Source: Synechococcus sp. A15-28 (lineage in GTDB: Bacteria > Cyanobacteriota > Cyanobacteriia > PCC-6307 > Cyanobiaceae). Taken from it: a stretch of 32,000 bases of DNA. Below are positions 26,803-32,000 of the stretch, piece by piece. The notes beneath the pieces were generated by a model. That model was not told where the DNA came from and searched no databases. It worked only from the letters and a program-made list of their open reading frames with translations. The DNA lies in contig NZ_CP047931.1 of assembly GCF_014280175.1 (NCBI RefSeq), positions 1,590,001-1,622,000 on the forward strand, given 5' to 3'. Numbering within the stretch: position 1 is the stretch's first letter; each line of letters begins with the position of its first letter. The position numbers were made by a program, and so were the translations under genes.

Positions 26803-27336
26803 TCAATCGAAATACAGAAGGCTCACGACCTTGCCAATGTCTTCTGCTGTGCGAGCACTCGCTAGCAGCGTTTCACTATCATGAAAAGCCAGACATATCA
26901 ATTGATCGCATCGGTTGATGATTTCCTGGTTACAGAGGCTGCTGGCCATCGGTAGGGGAAGATCGTCCTGCTCAGGCTTCTCAATCAGATGGAGCACACG
27001 ATCAAGAAGGTCGCGGATCTCCGTGGCCTGCCGATCCAGACTCTGGGGCAACAGCACCGTGAGCTGAGACGGATCCACATCCAAACATCCGCGGATCACA
27101 GCGGCATTCACCCCTTGGGAACCCGATGTGATCAGCGAGTGACCCTCCTGCACCAACGATCTGGCCACCAGCTCCACCAGGTGAATGGCCACTACGGGAA
27201 CATGCCGGCTGCCAAGAATGGCAATCCGCCGTTTGCCCTTGTCCTGCAGCAGCGCCAGTTCCTGAGCCAGGGTGTCGACCCGATCGAGGGCCGGAAGATC
27301 CAGTGACTGACCCAAGGACAACTCGCCGGACTTCAT
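26803..27336 (-). CDS. DprA-like DNA recombination-mediator protein A family (Rossmann/LOG-like) protein
   Basis: 'RRIAILGSRHVPVVAIHLVELVARSLVQEGHSLITSGSQGVNAAVIRGCL' resembles the DprA-type fold. Confidence 0.75.
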   Translation of the reverse strand: MKSGELSLGQSLDLPALDRVDTLAQELALLQDKGKRRIAILGSRHVPVVAIHLVELVARSLVQEGHSLITSGSQGVNAAVIRGCLDVDPSQLTVLLPQSLDRQATEIRDLLDRVLHLIEKPEQDDLPLPMASSLCNQEIINRCDQLICLAFHDSETLLASARTAEDIGKVVSLLYFD

Positions 27337-27352
27337 TTAAAGTTAGCAACCA

Positions 27353-28459
27353 TTAATAGACAAGAACCTGCAGGTCCAGAGCTGAGAACAGGCGGTCCAG
27401 TCGACAGTGTTCTTCCACCAGACGGAAGGCGTAGGTGGCCTTCACAGCTTCATGCAATCGAACGTGGCCGAAGGCCTGTTCAATCACCTCCACCGTAGCC
27501 AGTGTGTCGTGATCAACCTTCAACAGAGGAACGTCCAGCTCTTCCGCCCTGCTGATCAATTGTGGAAGCGGTTCACCGGCTCCGGTGAGAATCAGACACT
27601 GAGTTGAGGCCTCCAACGCCGCGAACTGGATGTCGGTTCGGTCCGCACCGGTGACGACGGCCATGTTGCGGCGGCGGCGAAAAAACTCCATGGCGGAGTT
27701 CACATTCATCGCACCGATGCTGAGGGTCTCCACCAGCAACTCCTGGCGTTCCTCGCAGCAGATCACACGGGCACTGAGGCGCCGCACCAATTCACCCACT
27801 GTGACGCTGCGCAGCAAGGGTGAGCGAGGCATCACACCAAACACCGGCAAGCCGAGGTTCTCAAGCGCCGGCACCACCTGCCGCTCAAGACTCTCGACCT
27901 CTCCAGGGGTGACAGCATTCAGCACAACCCCCAGCAGTCGTTCACCCAGGGTCTGTTTCGCAGCCAGCAGGGCGTCGACGCTGCAACTGTCCTGCCAGAG
28001 GTGCACCAACAGAACCCCGGCATCCAGGCCATCCGCCAGCTGAGGAAGGCTCAACCCGAAGAGCAAACCTTCCTGAAGCGTGCCGGCACACTCCAGCAGG
28101 GTCAGGCCATCGTCATCAGCAATCTGCTGACGCATGCCGTCAAATCCGGCGCCAGCCTGCAGATCTCCCTGGCCGAGACGTTGGGTCGCCGTGGTGGGAG
28201 AGAGCAGATGCAGAGAAGGGATCAGCCGGTCCGCCGAAAGACCCAGGGTCTCACCAACAAAACGGACGTCATCGTCAATCAGCGGCTGAGGTAAGGGGCC
28301 CTTGTTGGGATCCCAGTCCAGACTGGTCGCCAGTGGTTTACCGAAGCGGACCCGTTGTCCGTCCTGCTTGAGCTTCTGCGCAATCCCAAGAACAAGAGCC
28401 GACTTGCCGCTGAAGGGCTCACAGGATCCGATCAGCAGCGTCCTTCCCATGAACCGCAA
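27353..28459 (-). CDS. Phosphotransacetylase-like protein with N-terminal BioD-like NTPase and DRTGG domain
   Basis: 'LLIGSCEPFSGKSALVLGIAQKLKQDGQRVRFGKPLATSLDW', 'GVLLVHLWQDSCSVDALLAAKQTLGERLLGVVLN', 'AVVTGADRTDIQFAALEASTQCLILTGAGEP'. Confidence 0.85.
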   Translation of the reverse strand: MRFMGRTLLIGSCEPFSGKSALVLGIAQKLKQDGQRVRFGKPLATSLDWDPNKGPLPQPLIDDDVRFVGETLGLSADRLIPSLHLLSPTTATQRLGQGDLQAGAGFDGMRQQIADDDGLTLLECAGTLQEGLLFGLSLPQLADGLDAGVLLVHLWQDSCSVDALLAAKQTLGERLLGVVLNAVTPGEVESLERQVVPALENLGLPVFGVMPRSPLLRSVTVGELVRRLSARVICCEERQELLVETLSIGAMNVNSAMEFFRRRRNMAVVTGADRTDIQFAALEASTQCLILTGAGEPLPQLISRAEELDVPLLKVDHDTLATVEVIEQAFGHVRLHEAVKATYAFRLVEEHCRLDRLFSALDLQVLVY

Positions 28460-28476
28460 ATGTTTGACATGTAAAT

Positions 28477-28896
28477 CTAGGCGTCATCAGCCTCTGGGTC
28501 TGTACCAACGAGCAACCAAACCCAGAACGCGTCGGGGAGATCAGCTTTGCCTGGCTCCCCGGCGGGGCCGTCCATCAACCACTGCACCAGCTGATGGGTG
28601 ACCAGCTCAAATCGGTAGGGCTCAGCACGAGTCTCCGTAAAAATCAATTGGCAGGTCGCCATCTCCAGTGGGGCATGGCCACCCTCCCAGCTCAGCTGAA
28701 AGGCATGCCCGTCCATACCCTCCCGTGGACGGATCCCCCGAAACTCGCCGGCCAGCAGGGTCTGCAGAGCAGAACGAAGATCCTGCTCTCTGGCAAGGCC
28801 GCCGCAGTAAGGCGCGAACAGGGCCAGGAGGGCAGCATCAGACACGGAAGCGGGCACTAGCGGGCGGTTGCCCACAAGGATGGCCCAAGCTGATCC
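28477..28896 (-). CDS. Conserved hypothetical protein
   Basis: Intact ORF; ATG at 28896 ([21 protein letters not shown]...). Confidence 0.6.
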   Translation of the reverse strand, partial: GSAWAILVGNRPLVPASVSDAALLALFAPYCGGLAREQDLRSALQTLLAGEFRGIRPREGMDGHAFQLSWEGGHAPLEMATCQLIFTETRAEPYRFELVTHQLVQWLMDGPAGEPGKADLPDAFWVWLLVGTDPEADDA

Positions 28897-28897
28897 C

Positions 28898-29629
28898 ATG
28901 GCACAGCCCACAACAAGCAATCACCGCTGGAGCGGATGCCGTGTCGGCATCACCGGAGTCCGCGGGGCTCTGGGTCAGGCGTTGGCGAGCCGTTTCCATC
29001 AGGCCGGTGCCGTGGTGACCGGATTCACCCACGGTGATCCACCGATTGAGGTCGAGAGCCCTCTGGATCACTGGGTGTCATGGACCTGCGGCCAGGAGGA
29101 GGCCTTGGTGCCCTACCTAAAAGACCTGGATGTGCTGGTGCTGAACCACGGCATCAATCCCCAGGGGGATCAGCGCCCAGGCACTGTGACCAGAGCACTG
29201 GAGGTGAACGCCCTGAGCAGCTGGCGAATGCTGCAGTGCTGCGAACGTCTGTGCCGTGAACGAACCTCGCAGCCGCTGGAGGTGTGGGTCAACACGTCCG
29301 AAGCGGAGATCCAACCAGCCGCGAGCCCGGCCTATGAGCTGAGCAAACGCCTGCTCGGTCAACTGGTCAGCATGCGTGGTGCCACCCGCGATGCAGAGGA
29401 GCGCTCACGACTGGTGCTGCGGAAACTGGTGTTGGGCCCGTTCCGCTCCGAACTCAATCCCATCGGCGTCATGAACGCCGACTTCGTGTCAGGCCAGGTG
29501 CTCTGGCAAGCGCGGATCGGAGCACGTCTCATCATCGTCACACCGAATCCGCTGACCTATGTACTGATGCCACTGACGGAACTCGGGCGATGGCTTTACA
29601 GCCGAGCGCTCAGTCGCCCCGATCCGTGA
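28898..29629 (+). CDS. SDR-type NAD(P)-dependent oxidoreductase
   Basis: '[34 protein letters not shown]', '[12 protein letters not shown]', '[15 protein letters not shown]' (YxxxK). Confidence 0.82.
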   Translation: MAQPTTSNHRWSGCRVGITGVRGALGQALASRFHQAGAVVTGFTHGDPPIEVESPLDHWVSWTCGQEEALVPYLKDLDVLVLNHGINPQGDQRPGTVTRALEVNALSSWRMLQCCERLCRERTSQPLEVWVNTSEAEIQPAASPAYELSKRLLGQLVSMRGATRDAEERSRLVLRKLVLGPFRSELNPIGVMNADFVSGQVLWQARIGARLIIVTPNPLTYVLMPLTELGRWLYSRALSRPDP

Positions 29630-30455
29630 GGATCTCGCAGCCGTCACTGGTGACCAGAACTGTGTGTTCCCACTGAGCTGACAGGGATCCATCCCGGGTC
29701 ACCACTGTCCAGCGATCCTTCAGGGTGCGGCATGCCTTACTGCCAGCGTTCAGGATCGGCTCAATCGCCAGGGTCATGCCTGGACGCAACGTGACATTGG
29801 GCAGTTCATCGGTGCGGAAGTTGAACACCGAGGGCTCTTCATGCAGATTTCTGCCGACACCATGGCCGGTGTAGTCCTCCACGACGCTGAACCCATTGGC
29901 CTTGACGTGGTCCTCCACCGCACCGGCGATATCAAGAAGGGTGTTGCCTGCTTTGACCTTGCTCAGGCCCGCCATCAGGGATTCCCGGGCAACACGGCTG
30001 AGGATCTGGGCCTCATCCGAGGACTCGCCCACACAGACGGTGATGCAGCTATCGCCGTGGTAGCCATCGAAGTAGGCACCTGTATCCACCTTCAGCAGAT
30101 CCCCCTGGTGGATCACCCGTTTGGCACTGGGAATGCCGTGCACAACCTCATTGTTGATGCTGGCGCAGATGCTTGCCGGGAAGCCGTGGTACCCCTTGAA
30201 ACTCGGTGTGGCCCCCATCTCTCGGATGCGCTTCTCAGCAAAGGCATCCAGGTCGCCCGTCGTCTGTCCCGGCTCCACCATGGCCATCACTTCCCGCAGC
30301 ACTGTCGCGACGATGCGACTGGCCTCCCGCATGATTTTGATCTCACGGGCTGACTTGATCTCCACACCCCGGCGTTTCTGAATCCGGGGACCTGTGGCTG
30401 TTGCCGTCGGGGCCTGGGTGGAGGCCAGCAGATCTGCGAATAAATTCATCAACAT
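29610..30455 (-). CDS. map: Type I methionine aminopeptidase
   Basis: '[28 protein letters not shown]', '[23 protein letters not shown]', '[23 protein letters not shown]', '[19 protein letters not shown]'. Confidence 0.96.
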   Translation of the reverse strand: MLMNLFADLLASTQAPTATATGPRIQKRRGVEIKSAREIKIMREASRIVATVLREVMAMVEPGQTTGDLDAFAEKRIREMGATPSFKGYHGFPASICASINNEVVHGIPSAKRVIHQGDLLKVDTGAYFDGYHGDSCITVCVGESSDEAQILSRVARESLMAGLSKVKAGNTLLDIAGAVEDHVKANGFSVVEDYTGHGVGRNLHEEPSVFNFRTDELPNVTLRPGMTLAIEPILNAGSKACRTLKDRWTVVTRDGSLSAQWEHTVLVTSDGCEILTDRGD

Positions 30456-30503
30456 CCTTCTATATCCGTCACGCTATCAACAGCAACTGATTGAAGGTCG
30501 GTC

Positions 30504-30788
30504 ATGAGCCTGCTTGTGCGGGTGCGCGAACTGCATCGGGCCGTTGCCCCGTTGGTGCTGCTTCCGTTGTTCATCACCGTTTGCTCAGGGGTTGGCTACC
30601 GACTTGCCCGCGACTGGATGGGCTTTGAGCGTGACCAGGTGCATTGGCTGATGACCTTGCACGAAGGCGAATGGCTGGGGGCCACGCTGGAGCCGTTGGT
30701 GGTGCTGTTGAACGCCCTTGGGTTGCTCTGGATGCTGATCAGTGGTGCCGGGTTGCTGATCGAACGATGGCATCGAAAGGTACACTGA
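30504..30788 (+). CDS. Small PepSY-associated-TM-like membrane protein
   Basis: 'VRELHRAVAPLVLLPLFITVCSGVGYRLARDWMG' and 'LLNALGLLWMLISGAGLLIERW': two TM segments. Confidence 0.65.
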   Translation: MSLLVRVRELHRAVAPLVLLPLFITVCSGVGYRLARDWMGFERDQVHWLMTLHEGEWLGATLEPLVVLLNALGLLWMLISGAGLLIERWHRKVH

Positions 30789-30816
30789 TCGTTTGGCGAT
30801 TTAACGCGGAGCTGGG

Positions 30817-31275
30817 ATGGCAGCCGATCCGAAGGACACGACGGTGACGGAAGAGAGCACTGAGAGCGCAGCTGAGGTGGAGGCCGTGGCGAGTGCTCCG
30901 ACAACCCCAGCTCAGAAGCTCAGCGCCGAAGCCCTGATCAAGGCCTTCGAGACGGAGCAGATGAAGACCGATCTCCCTGAGATCTACGTCGGTGACACCG
31001 TCCGCGTTGGCGTCCGCATCAGCGAGGGCAACAAGGAGCGTGTTCAGCCCTATGAGGGAGTGGTCATCTCCAAGCGTCACGGCGGGATGAACCAGACGAT
31101 CACCGTCCGTCGCATCTTCCAGGGCATTGGAGTGGAGCGGGTGTTCATGCTCCACAGTCCGCAGGTGGCCAACGTCAAGGTTGAACGGCGCGGTAAAGTT
31201 CGTCGGGCGAAGCTTTTCTATCTGCGGGAACGGGTGGGCAAGGCCACCCGCGTGAAGCAGCGCTTCGATCGCTGA
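30817..31275 (+). CDS. rplS: 50S ribosomal protein L19
   Basis: '[97 protein letters not shown]'. Confidence 0.98.
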   Translation: MAADPKDTTVTEESTESAAEVEAVASAPTTPAQKLSAEALIKAFETEQMKTDLPEIYVGDTVRVGVRISEGNKERVQPYEGVVISKRHGGMNQTITVRRIFQGIGVERVFMLHSPQVANVKVERRGKVRRAKLFYLRERVGKATRVKQRFDR

Positions 31276-31300
31276 GGTCTCGGCCTCGTTCAATCAAGTC

Positions 31301-31321
31301 GCTGACATCCTCGATGTCAGC
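31301..31321 (+). other. Perfect 9-bp hairpin between rplS and tRNA-Trp
   Basis: GCTGACATC-CTC-GATGTCAGC; no T-run follows. Confidence 0.6.
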
Positions 31322-31337
31322 AGGGGTTCATCGCCTT

Positions 31338-31410
31338 GCGCCGTTAGTTCAGTTGGTAGAACGCAGGTCTCCAAAACCTGATGTCGGGGGTTCGAGTCCT
31401 CCACGGCGCG
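31338..31410 (+). tRNA. trnW: tRNA-Trp (anticodon CCA)
   Basis: Acceptor GCGCCGT/ACGGCGC, anticodon loop CTCCAAA, TPsiC GGGGGTTCGAGTCCTCC. Confidence 0.96.
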
Positions 31411-31448
31411 TCCGATGAGCCCCGATGTGTAGTTTCCCGGTTCTGAGC

Positions 31449-31637
31449 ATGGAGTTGGATCTTCAACCTGGTGATGTCGTGAAGGTGCTGGAGTCAGCCG
31501 CTCTTGGCTGGGTTCGTGCCCGCGTGATCCGCGTCAAATCAGGTGGTCGTGTGGTCGTTCAGAGCGATCAAGGTCGGGAGTTCACCGCCCGAGGGAACCA
31601 GGTTCGCCTGATCGAGCCAGCAGGCTTCCGCCCCTGA
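31449..31637 (+). CDS. Small conserved hypothetical, SH3-like beta protein
   Basis: 'MELDLQPGDVVKVLESAALGWVRARVIRVKSGGRVVVQSDQGREFTARGNQVRLIEP'; ATG at 31449 inside the track ORF 31425..31637. Confidence 0.6.
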   Translation: MELDLQPGDVVKVLESAALGWVRARVIRVKSGGRVVVQSDQGREFTARGNQVRLIEPAGFRP

Positions 31638-31658
31638 ATTCGAGTTGTTTCTTCAGCG

Positions 31659-31690
31659 AACCCCCGATGGCTCCGACATCGGGGGTTTTG
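31659..31690 (+). terminator. Rho-independent terminator
   Basis: AACCCCCGATG-GCTCCGA-CATCGGGGGTTTTG: perfect 11-bp stem followed by short T tract. Confidence 0.8.
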
Positions 31691-31838
31691 TTGTGACCTG
31701 ACCTCAACAAGGCAGATCAGCACAGGAATTCGACGGAATTGTTGACGGAGGGCAGGGCAAGGGTCAATACTGATTTGGTCGCGCAGGCGACACAGATCAG
31801 GTGCCACGGGGCGAGTCCTTTGTGTCTCCATTTGATCT

Positions 31839-31912
31839 GGGACCGTAGTTCAACCGGTTAGAGCACCGCCCTGTCACGGCGGAAGTTGCGGGTTCGAATC
31901 CCGTCGGTCCCG
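31839..31912 (+). tRNA. trnD: tRNA-Asp (anticodon GTC)
   Basis: Acceptor GGGACCG/CGGTCCC, anticodon loop CTGTCAC, TPsiC GCGGGTTCGAATCCCGT. Confidence 0.96.
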
Positions 31913-31933
31913 TTTTCACCACCCGAAACCGCA

Positions 31934-32000
31934 ATGGTGCGCGTTCGTCTGGCCCCCAGCCCCACGGGCACGCTTCACATCGGAACGGCGCGGACAGCCG
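31934..32000 (+). CDS. gltX: Glutamyl-tRNA synthetase, N-terminal fragment (runs off window)
   Basis: ATG then [22 protein letters not shown], the class I 'HIGT' signature with the GluRS N-terminus. Confidence 0.93.
   Translation, partial: MVRVRLAPSPTGTLHIGTARTA

Overview
The window looks like marine picocyanobacterial (Synechococcus/Prochlorococcus-type) chromosome, judged by gene content. The left ~5.5 kb is accessory. It holds a Cas4-like PD-(D/E)XK nuclease ORF, an orphan single-HKD phospholipase D-like ORF resembling DrmC of DISARM, a small serine resolvase, a MerR/excisionase-like HTH protein, an AT-richer hypothetical ORF and a large serine recombinase whose 5' end runs into yjbQ. A 12-bp direct repeat (TTGATGAACTGG at 1014-1025 and 5462-5473) is a speculative candidate att pair for a ~4.45 kb element. 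From ~5.4 kb onward the content is mostly ordinary: yjbQ, phhB, a COG0523 GTPase with a His-rich loop, an iron ABC transporter with a good 19-bp Fur-box-like palindrome, a minus-strand run ending in phytase-like and PhoX genes, xthA, glcD, hemL, cdd, a nucleoside 2-deoxyribosyltransferase/phosphoribosyltransferase pair, pstS, yajQ, map, rplS, tRNA-Trp, tRNA-Asp and the start of gltX. I see no CRISPR array, no rRNA and no complete known defence system. The best candidate for something less described is the Cas4-like/DrmC-like/double serine-recombinase segment at the left edge, which needs sequence from left of the window.
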